This document shows positions 1 to 8,121 of a DNA stretch of 64,000 nt, in pieces (position 1 is the first letter of the stretch; each line of letters starts with the position of its first letter). Made by a program: the position numbers and the translations under genes. Source of the stretch: an uncultured Alphaproteobacteria bacterium (GTDB lineage Bacteria > Pseudomonadota > Alphaproteobacteria > Rhizobiales > Xanthobacteraceae); the NCBI GenBank assembly GCA_963771745.1, contig CAVYUU010000010.1, positions 139,501 to 203,500 on the forward strand. The letters are read 5' to 3'. Under the pieces are notes generated by a model, which was given only the letters and a program-made list of their open reading frames with translations, searched no databases and had not been told where the DNA came from.

Positions 1-1203
1 CCTGCAGGCCGGTGGCGTTCTGGTAGGGCGCGAGCCGCCGCGTCTCCTCGATCGACAGCGACGAGCCGAACCAGTAGGCATTCTTGGCGTGGCCGTAGAG
101 CAGCACGCCGAGCTCATCGACCCCGTCGACGATCTCGTGCTCGTCGAGGATTTTCCACTTCGGCTGCTTGGCCCAGGCGGCGCCGGCCATCTCGTGCAGC
201 GACAGCACCGCGTCGTTGCAGGGGTGGTAGGCGTAATGGCAGGTCGGCCGGTAGGCGAGCTTGCCGCCCTCGCGCAGCGTGAAGTAGTCGGCGATCGAGA
301 TCGACTCGTTGTGGGTGACCAGGAAGCCGTGCTGGGCCTGCGCGGTCGGCGTCCAGGAGCGCACCTGGGTGCGCGGCGCCCGGCTGCTCAGGTAGATCGC
401 GGCGTCGGAGCCGAAGTCGTGGCGGTGGCCGTCCGGCCGGCATGGCCTTCTCATGGGTGCCCCAGCCGAGCTCGGAGGGCTGCAGCCCCTCCGAGACGAA
501 GCCCTCGACCGACCAGGTGTTGACGAAGACGTCGCGGGGCTTGGGCTCGCGGGCGCGCTGGGTGTCGCGCTCGGCGATATGGATGCCCTTGACGCCGAGG
601 CTGCTGCATCAGCCGGCCCCAGTCCTCGCGGCTCTTCGGCTCGGCCGACCTTGACGCCGGTGTCGCGGGCGATGTCGAGCAGCGCCTGCTTGACGAACCA
701 GGACACCATGCCGGGATTGGCGCCGCAGCAGCTCACGGCGGTCACGCCGCCCGGCCGGCGCCGGCGGACGCCCAGCACCTCCTCGCGCAGCGCGTAGTTC
801 GAGCGCTGCGACAGCGTGGCGCTTGGCGTTGTCGTAGAGGCCCGGCCAGGGCTCGTTGACGGTGTCGATGTAGTGGGCGTCGATATCCTTGCAGAGGTCC
901 ATCAGGTCGACCGACGAGGTGTCGACCGACAGGTTGACGATCATGCCGCGGCCGGCGCCGGCCGTTGAGCAGCGGGGTGAGGACCTGGCGGTAGTTGTCC
1001 CGGGTGATGGCCGCTTGCATGAAGCGGAGCTTGCGCTCGTCAAGCAGCGCGCGGTCGGTGTCGACCGGGTCGATCACCACGAACTTCGACTGGTCGAACG
1101 CGATGTGCCGCTCCAGCAGCGGCAGCGTGCCGCGGCCGATCGAGCCGAAGCCGATCATGACGATGGGGCCATCAAAGCGGGCGTGGACGGGCCAGACGTC
1201 CAT
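1..1203 (-). CDS. hss: Homospermidine synthase (runs off the left edge; several frameshifts)
   Basis: Stitched frames give MDVWPVHARFDGPIVMIGFGSIGRG..., SCCGANPGMVSWFVKQAL, NTWSVEGF, ELGWGTHE, THNESISI and, at the edge, NATGLQ, all HSS hallmarks. Indels near 965, 825, 630 and 443. Confidence 0.93.
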
Positions 1204-1328
1204 TGGGCTGCTCCCCAGCAGGCCCGTGATATCCGCGGCCCTCGATCGAACGGAATAGCACGCCGCGCGGAATCCCGCGCGGCTTCCCCGACATTTGTAC
1301 GCGCGGCCGGTCCAGCGTGACAAGCCGT

Positions 1329-1881
1329 CTATGCGGCTTGTGGCGCGGGCGAGGGCGGTGCGCCGGACGCGCGGCGCGAACCGCGGCGCGGCGGATCGTG
1401 ACCTCGCGCGCCGTCGAGCGCGCCCGCGACGGAGCTCGCGGCCGAGCAGCCGACTGCGGGTCGTCGAGGCCCGGCAGCCACAGCCGGCCGGTCGGCTCGG
1501 CCGAGAAGCCGAAACGGCCGTAGTAGGCCGGCATCGCCGACCAGCAGCACGGCGGCATGGCCGCGCCGGCGGGCCTCGCGACAAGCGCATGGCGCATCAG
1601 CGTCGAGCCGATGCCGCGGCGGCGGCAATCCGGATGCACGGCCAGCGGCCCGAGCAGCAGCGCCAGGCCGGCGGCGCCGGCCGACACCTCCCACAGCCGG
1701 ACGGTGCCGACGATGGCGGCCGTCCTCGACTGCGACAAGCGACAGGCCGCGCGCCGGCGCGCGGCCCGCCCGCAGGCGGGTCGGACGGCTTGCCGAAACG
1801 GGCGGGGCCGTAGGCGGCGTCGAGCAGCGCCTCGCGCGCGCGCGAGCGATCCGCCGTCCGCTCCTGGCGGATGGTGACCAT
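1329..1881 (-). CDS. GNAT family N-acetyltransferase (YhbS-like), frameshifted
   Basis: MVTIRQER...EALLDAAYGPARF, then IVGTVRLW...LLLGPLAVHPDCRRRGIGSTLMR (acetyl-CoA motif R-x-x-G-x-G) and VLLVGDAxYYGRFGF. Lies between the decarboxylase and hss. Confidence 0.85.
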
Positions 1882-1901
1882 CGGCTCTGGACCGGACGTG
1901 C

Positions 1902-3052
1902 TCAGATGTGGAAGGTCTTCAGCGGGGCGAAGCCGTTGAAGCCGACCGAGGCATAGGTCGCGGTGTAGGCGCCGGTGCCTTCGATCAGCACCTTGTCGCC
2001 GATCTCCAGGCTCACCGGCAGCTCGTAGGGGTGCTTCTCGTACAGCACGTCCATCGAGTCGCAGGTCGGGCCGGCCAGCACGCAGGGTCCCATCGCGTCT
2101 CGCCGTCCCGCGGGGTGCGGATCGGGTAGCGGATCGACTCGTCCATGGTCTCGGCCAGGCCGCCGAACTTGCCCAGGTCGAGATAGACCCAGCGCACCTC
2201 GTCCTCGTTGCTCTTCCTGGAGACGAGCACGACCTCGGCCTCGATGATGCCGGCGTTGCCGACCATGCCGCGGCCCGGCTCGATGATGGTCTCCGGGATG
2301 CGGTTGCCGAAGTGCTTGCGGAGCGCGCGGAAGATCGCCGAGCCGTAGGCTTTCACCGTCGGCACGTTCTTCGGTGTACTTGGTCGGGAAGCCGCCGCCG
2401 AGGTTGACCATCGACAGGTTGATGCCGCGCTCGCCGCACTCCCGGAACACGCCGGCGGCCGAGGCCAAGCGCCCGGTCCCAGGCGTGCTGGTTGGTCTGC
2501 TGCGAGCCGACGTGGAACGAGATGCCGTGGGCCTCGAGGCCAAGCTTATGGGCGTGCTCCAGCACGTCCGCGGCCATGGCGGGCTCGCAGCCGAACTTGC
2601 GCGACAGCGGCCATTCGGCGCCGACGCAGTCGGACAGGATGCGGCAGAACACCTTGCGAGCCGGGGGCCGCGCGGGCGACCTTCTCGACCTCGGCCTTGC
2701 AGTCGACCGCGATAGAGCCGCACGCCGAGCTCGTAGGCCCGGGCGATGTCGCGCTCCTTCTTGATGGTGTTGCCATAGCAGATGCGGTCGGGCGTGGCGC
2801 CGGCCGCCAGCACCATCTCGATCTCGGCGACCGAGGCGGTGTCGAAGCAGGAGCCGAGCTTGGCCAGCACAGCCAGCACCTCCGGGGCCGGGTTCGCCTT
2901 GACGGCGTAGAACACCCGGGTGTCCGGCAGCGCCTTGGCGAAGTTCTGATAGTTGGTGCGCACGACGTCGAGGTCGACGACGAGGCACGGGCCTTCGTCC
3001 AGTGCCGCTGTCGCGGCGCTGTCTTCAGGAATTCTCGGATGCGAGCAGTCAT
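1902..3052 (-). CDS. Type III PLP-dependent ornithine/lysine decarboxylase, frameshifted
   Basis: FYAVKANP (PLP lysine), FDTAS, HVGSQ, GGGFP, IIEPGR, YLDLGKFGGL and GPTCDSMD motifs spread over three frames. Likely start MTARIREFL at 3052. Confidence 0.93.
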
Positions 3053-3059
3053 TGCGTCG

Positions 3060-3460
3060 CGATCTCCCAGCTCAAGGGGCGGCATGGCCGCCTTGGTGAT
3101 GCGGGTTTTCGAGGCCGCCCTGGTGTGCGATGGGGACACACGTCGGGTGGGGATGCTCTCAGAACCGCTTCAGTCTGCCTTGGTTTGGATTGGGGAGACC
3201 CCGCACCGCACTGCCGGCAAGGATGGACAAGCCTCTTCGGTGTCCCGAGCCGGTGGTGGAGACCGGCAGAGACCAGAGAAGCCCGCTCCGTCGTTGCTTT
3301 AAGCCGCGTCCCCTGTGGAGAGCAGGGTGCGCCGGTTTCGCCTCCGGCTGCCGGTCAGATGTCTTGAAGAGCTTCTCGCTCCCCAGGCGGCTGGCGGGCC
3401 TCTTGTCCCGCTACCTACCGACCGACACACGGCCACAGGCACGTGCGAAATTGGGCAAGA
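3060..3460 (-). ncRNA. Long structured 5' leader, probably containing the alphaproteobacterial speF leader motif
   Basis: About 400 nt without a credible gene directly upstream of the decarboxylase, with several hairpins and segments GGAGGCGAAACCGGCGCACC and CTTAAAGCAACGACG that resemble my recollection of the Rfam speF element. Position matches that motif. Not confirmed with a covariance model. Confidence 0.6.
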
Positions 3461-3464
3461 ATGC

Positions 3465-3493
3465 AAATAATCGAAATATGAGTTGAGAGTCAA
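3465..3493 (-). promoter_or_regulatory. Candidate sigma70 promoter for the polyamine operon
   Basis: Minus strand TTGACT (3493-3488), 17 nt, TTATTT (3470-3465) in an AT-rich patch. Confidence 0.35.
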
Positions 3494-3595
3494 CTTTTTT
3501 TCGCAGGCGAGGGGTCTCGCGCGGCAAAATTTTTGTGCCGCGAGCTTAAGAAAGTTTTTGCAAACGTCGATTCGCGGGCGCGCCGCGGCAGTCGC

Positions 3596-3855
3596 TCAGC
3601 GCTCGGTGAAGGGCTCGACGCGGCGCGCGTTGAGGATGAAGCGCACCATCACGGCGACGCCGCAGAGGAAGAACAAAGCCTGCAGGATGTGGACGCCGTA
3701 CTCGCCGAGCTGGAACAGGTTGGCGAACGCCCAGCCGGCGGCGAAGGCGGCGCCGAACACCTCGGCGCCGATCAGGATCGCCGCGCTGAACACGGTCAGC
3801 ACGTTGAGCCAGATGAATCCGGCTTGCCCGTTGGCTTTTGAGCGGTCGCGTTCAT
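3596..3855 (-). CDS. Small conserved two-TM membrane protein (hypothetical), probable frameshift near the N-terminus
   Basis: IWLNVLTVFSAAILIGAEVFGAAFAAGWAFANLFQLGEYGVHILQALFFLCGVAVMVRFILNARRVEPF is hydrophobic with high-GC3 codons. ATG at 3855 (MNATAQKPT) follows a GGAAA RBS-like sequence but is in another frame. Confidence 0.7.
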
Positions 3856-3941
3856 CGTCGTTTCCTGTGCTGCTTCGGCCCTTTGGCGGCCGCAATGTCC
3901 TCGATATGGGCCGCCGGATCAAGGCCGGCAACCATCTCCCG

Positions 3942-4053
3942 CCTCACCCTGAGGAGCGTCCGAAGGACGCGTCTCGAAGAGCGCTGCGGCCCGGGCCATT
4001 CATCCTTCGAGGCGCCGTCGTCGCTTCGCGTCGGCGGCTCCTTCAGGATGAGG
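3942..4053. repeat. REP-like composite palindrome, family B (CCTCAyCCTGAGGAG...CTCGAAG...CTTCGAG...CAGGATGAGG)
   Basis: Nested inverted repeats; a closely related copy sits at 44728-44823. Confidence 0.8.
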
Positions 4054-4075
4054 CTGCGAGGTGAGCCGAGTGTCC

Positions 4076-4942
4076 TCACGCCCCCTTCATGGTCCGCCGC
4101 TCGATCTCCAGGAGCCGGTCGAGACCGGTGACCTGGTGCGCTGCCTTCATCTCCTTCTCGGCGCCGCCCGGGCCGAGGAAGGGGTCCAGGCGGTCCTGCG
4201 CCAAGGCACTCGTAGGAGCTGCCGCACCGCCTTGACCATCGCTGCGAAGGCAGTGCCCGAGGAGGCGGCGAGGCGATAGCCCATCCTGGCCATCTCGGCC
4301 TTGGCGAGCAGGCGAAGGTCGAGAAGCCGTCCGGCGGCGCGAAGGTCATCAGCGGGGCCGGCAGCCGCTCGGCGATGGTCCGCATCTCCTCGGGCTTGCG
4401 CCCCCAGACGAACAGCATGTCGGCGCCGGCCTTCTTCATCGCCTCGGCCCGCCGCAGCGCGTCGTCCATGCCGCCGACCCGGATGGCGTTGGTGCGCCCG
4501 ACGATCACCAGGTTGGGGTCGGTGCGGGCCGCCACCGCCTCCCGGATGCGGTCGGCGGCGAGCGCCAACGGCACCAGATTGTCGATGCCGACGTGGTGCT
4601 CGACCCGGCGCGGCAGCAGCTGGTCCTCGATCTCGATGCACTCGACGCCGGCCGCCTCCGACATCGCGATGGTGCGGTGGATGTGGACCGGGTCGCCCCA
4701 GCCGCCGCCGGCGTCGAGCACGACCGGCATGCGGCAGACGGTGCGGATGTCCACCACCACCTGGATCATTTCGGTGAGCGACAGCCCGGCCTCGGTCACG
4801 CCCTTGTACCAGCCGAGCGAGCCGCCCGAGAGGTAGCGGCCTTGAAGCCGGCCAGGGCCGCCATCTGCGCCATGATCGGGTTGAGCGCGACCGGTGCGAC
4901 GATGAGATCGGGGCCGTTGATGAGGTCCTTGAGCTTTTCCAC
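4076..4942 (-). CDS. Isocitrate lyase/PEP mutase superfamily enzyme (atypical active site), frameshifted
   Basis: GTG start; LIVAPVALNPIMAQMAALAGFKA, YLSGG, PVVLDAGGGWGD, IEIEDQLLP, VIVGRTNA, AGADMLF; ends ...ERRTMKGA at 4076. Indels near 4840, 4320 and 4200. Confidence 0.88.
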
Positions 4943-4985
4943 GGATGCTCCTTTGCAAATGGCGGGCGCGCGGCACACTCTCTTT

Positions 4986-5008
4986 ACCCTGCCCCTCCAA
5001 GGGAGGGT
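4986..5008. repeat. REP-like hairpin, family C (CCCTCCCC...GGGAGGG)
   Basis: ACCCTGCCCCTCCAAGGGAGGGT; related copies at 21692, 43860, 48431 and 49327. Confidence 0.6.
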
Positions 5009-5060
5009 GAAGCCGCCGAACTGCTGCGGCACGGGCAGACTATGAAACGCGGAGGGTCCA

Positions 5061-5772
5061 GTGGCCAAGCTCAAGGTGATGTGCGCGCGCTCGATGCATG
5101 TGGCGGTCGGCGCGCTCGGCCAGGCGTTCGCGCAGCAGGGCGGCCATGAGGTCGCCTTCGACTTCGGCACGGTCGGTGCCTTGCAGGCCAAGCTCGACGC
5201 CGGCGAGACCGCCGACGTGGTGATGCTCTCGGCGCCTGCCATCGACAAGCTCGCGCAGGCCGGCGAGCTGGTCGCCAGGCTCCCGCAACGACGTGGCGCG
5301 GACCTTCATCGCGTTCTGCATCCGCGAGGGCGCGCCAAGCCGGATTTCGCCAGCCGCGAGGCCTTCGTGCGCCTGCTGCAGCGCGCCCGCGCCATCGCCA
5401 CCAGCGATCCGGCGGTCGGCGGCTCGGCCGGCGTGCATCTCGCCAAGACCTTCGAGCGCGAAGGGCTCGCGGCGATGATGCAGGCCAAGAGCCTGCCGCA
5501 GCAGACCGGCGTCGAGGTCGCCAGGCGCGTGGTCGAGGGCAAGGCCGAGTTCGGGCTGACCCTGTCGGGCGAGGTCGCCTCGGTGGCGGGCGCGGTGATC
5601 GCGGGCCCGCTGCCGCCGCCGTTCGGCCAGGACACGCTCTACGTGCGCGGCGGTGATGGCGGGCAGCGATGCGAAGGACGTTGCCGCCGCCTTCATTGCG
5701 GCGCTGCGCCGGCCGGACACCCAGGACACCTGGAGGCGGGCGGGCTTTGCAACGCCGGGGACATCGCCATGA
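5061..5772 (+). CDS. ModA-like (SBP_bac_11) substrate-binding-fold protein without signal peptide; two compensating frameshifts
   Basis: GGAGG RBS then GTG; FDFGTVGAL, ADVVMLSAPAIDKL, IATSDPAVGGSAGVH, VVEGKAEFGLTLSGE, VIAGPLPPPFGQ. Restoring the frame gives YxAAVMAGSDAKDVAAAFIAAL...GFATPGTSP, with TGA at 5770-5772 overlapping the next ATG. Confidence 0.8.
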
Positions 5773-6737
5773 CGCTGCTGCATCGGGCCGCAGGCGCGGC
5801 CGCCATCGCCCTGGTCATGGCTTGGCTCGGCCCCGCCGGCGCCTCGGCGCAGACGCGCACCCTCAAGATCGTCGTGCCGTTCGCGCCCGGCGGTGGCACC
5901 ACCATCGTGGCCCGCCTGCTGGCCGATGCCATCGGCCGCGTCCATGGGCCGACCATGGTGGTCGAGAACCGCCCCGGCGGCGGCACGGTGATCGCGACCG
6001 AATACGTGTCGCGCGCCGCACCGGACGGCGGCACCGTGCTGATGATCGGCAATTCGTTTGTGATCAATCCGAACCTGAAGAAGCTCAGCTACGATCCGCT
6101 GACCAGCTTCGAACCGATCTGCCAACTCACCACCTCGCCCAACGTCGTCGCCGTCCATGCCGCCGCGCGGTTCCGCACGCTCGCCGACCTGATCGAGGCG
6201 GCGCGCCTGAAGCCCGGCGAGGTGACGACCGGCGTCAACGGCCCCGCGACCTCCCAGCAGATCGGCTTTGAGATGCTCAAGCGCGCGGCCAACGTCAATC
6301 TGGCCTACATCCCGTTCCAGGGCGGCGCCCCCGCGGTCACCGCGCTGCTCGGCCAGCACGTCGACTCGATCTACTCCAACCTGCCGACCGCGGCCGAGCA
6401 GATCGCTTCGGGCAAGCTGCGCGCGCTGGCGGTCGGATCGCGGGCACGGTCAGAGCCAATGCCGGAGCTGCCGACCGTCGCCGAGTCCGGCTACCCGGAC
6501 TATGAGGAGGACGTCTGGTTCGGCATGGTCGCGCCGGCCGGGACGCCGAAGGCCGTGATCGCGGAATACGCGGCCTGGTTCGGCGAGGCGATCCAGGCGC
6601 CCGACATCAAGCCAAAGCTCGCGGTCCAGGGACTCTATCCGGCGCCGCGATGCGGCGCCGACTTCGCCGCGTATTTGCGCAAGGAGCACGAGAAATACGG
6701 CCGCATCATCCGCGCCGCCGGCATCAAGCCGGAGTGA
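5769..6737 (+). CDS. Bug/TctC tripartite tricarboxylate transporter substrate-binding protein
   Basis: Signal peptide, then LKIVVPFAPGGGT, VVENRPGGG, APDGGTVLM, YIPFQGGAPAVTALLGQHVD, WFGMVAPAGTP. Confidence 0.92.
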   Translation: MTLLHRAAGAAAIALVMAWLGPAGASAQTRTLKIVVPFAPGGGTTIVARLLADAIGRVHGPTMVVENRPGGGTVIATEYVSRAAPDGGTVLMIGNSFVINPNLKKLSYDPLTSFEPICQLTTSPNVVAVHAAARFRTLADLIEAARLKPGEVTTGVNGPATSQQIGFEMLKRAANVNLAYIPFQGGAPAVTALLGQHVDSIYSNLPTAAEQIASGKLRALAVGSRARSEPMPELPTVAESGYPDYEEDVWFGMVAPAGTPKAVIAEYAAWFGEAIQAPDIKPKLAVQGLYPAPRCGADFAAYLRKEHEKYGRIIRAAGIKPE

Positions 6738-6781
6738 GTTGGGGATCGGTGCTGGCGCGCCGGTAGCGAGCTCAGAAATTC

Positions 6782-7753
6782 TCAATCGGCCTGCAGACCG
6801 GCGGCCTTCACCGGGCCGGCCCATTTGGCGGTCTCGGCCTCGATGAACCGGCGGAGATATTCGGGGCTCCTGCGATCGGGCGCGGCCGCAATGAGCCCGA
6901 TGGCGTCGAGGCGCCCCCGCAGCGCCGGGTTGTCGAGCGCTTGGCTAACCGCCTTGTTGAGTTTGCCGACCTGTGAGGCCGTCGCGCTCTTCGGTAGCAG
7001 GATCGCGTTCCAGGCCGACACGTCGAAATCCTTCAGCCCCTGCGCGTCGGCGGTGGCAAGCTCGGGAAGGAGCGGCGTGCGCTCCTTGGCCAGCATCGCC
7101 AGCGCCTTGACCTGACCCTGCGTCACCGCGGCGGCGCCGATCGAGACATAGTTGCAGATGTAGTCGATCCGCCCGGCGATCACGTCGGCGAACGCCGGCC
7201 CGCCGCCGCGATAGGGCACATGGGTGACGTCAACGCCAATGAGCTGGTTCAGCATCACGCAGGAGATGTGCGAGGAGGTGCCGGTGCCGCCGGAGGAGAA
7301 CACCATCTTGTCGTGGTTTGACTTGGTGTAGGCGATGAATTCGGCGAGCGTGTTGGGCGGCAGGTCCTTCTTGGTCATCAACAGCAGCGGCGCGTCGGCG
7401 ATGAAGATCACCGGCTGGAAGTCGTGCGCCGGATGGTAGGCCGGCTTCTTATGCATCGAGTAGCCGATGGCGTGGGTGCCGATCGAGGCCAGCACGAACA
7501 GGTGGCTGTCGGGAGCGGCCTGCGACACCCGCAGCGAGCCAGTCATGCCGCCGCCGCCCGGCTGGTTCTCGATGATGATCGGCTGGCCGATGGTTTCGCC
7601 GAGCGTCGGCTGCAAGATGCGGGCGAGCGAATCCATCGGGCCGCCAGCCGCGAACGGCACCACCATGGTGAGCGGCCGGGCCGGCCAATCCTGGCCGTTC
7701 GAGGGACCGGTGAGCGCGAGCAATGCGGCGATCAGCGAGAGGGTCCGGCGCAT
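6782..7753 (-). CDS. Bug/TctC substrate-binding protein
   Basis: MRRTLSL signal peptide, WPARPLTMVVPFAAGGPMD, IENQPGGGG, HVPYRGGGPA. Confidence 0.92.
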   Translation of the reverse strand: MRRTLSLIAALLALTGPSNGQDWPARPLTMVVPFAAGGPMDSLARILQPTLGETIGQPIIIENQPGGGGMTGSLRVSQAAPDSHLFVLASIGTHAIGYSMHKKPAYHPAHDFQPVIFIADAPLLLMTKKDLPPNTLAEFIAYTKSNHDKMVFSSGGTGTSSHISCVMLNQLIGVDVTHVPYRGGGPAFADVIAGRIDYICNYVSIGAAAVTQGQVKALAMLAKERTPLLPELATADAQGLKDFDVSAWNAILLPKSATASQVGKLNKAVSQALDNPALRGRLDAIGLIAAAPDRRSPEYLRRFIEAETAKWAGPVKAAGLQAD

Positions 7754-7992
7754 CGGGCGTATCCTACTGGTGTTTCGTTGGAATGACCGCCCCTTGAAAC
7801 GGCGCGGTCCCACCCTATCTAAGGTGTCGAACGGTGCCCATGGTTTCGGCCATGGCCCTTTGGAAGAGCCGCCTTACCACGGATGTACTGGGAGGTAGAG
7901 CGCTTCCAAGGGAAATCGTTCAGGAACGCGCCCGCCGATCCCCCCTCGGTGGGCCGTTTGCTTTTTGGCGATGCTCAGAGCAAAGCGCCCGC

Positions 7993-8024
7993 GAGTCTGA
8001 TCCGATTTAAATCGGATCAGACTC
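7993..8024. repeat. Perfect 32-bp palindrome, part of a long RIME/BRU-RS-like element
   Basis: GAGTCTGATCCGATTT-AAATCGGATCAGACTC is fully self-complementary. Confidence 0.9.
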
Positions 8025-8037
8025 TGCTTTTTGTTTG

Positions 8038-8086
8038 GCGCATGATCTTTTCCGAAAACCGGTTTCCACTTTTCGGGATCATGCGC
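8038..8086 (-). repeat. RIME/BRU-RS-like ~49-bp element, copy 1
   Basis: Reverse complement GCGCATGATCCCGAAAAGTGGAAACCGGTTTTCGGAAAAGATCATGCGC; six copies in the window. Confidence 0.88.
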
Positions 8087-8121
8087 TTAGGCGGGCGCTT
8101 CTCGTTTGGTTGCAATTGCGC

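Noticed and set aside
5061-6737. 558-aa ModA-Bug fusion ORF in the track
   Set aside because: Two compensating indels create read-through; restoring the ModA-like frame gives a stop at 5772 overlapping a separate ATG and signal peptide at 5769.
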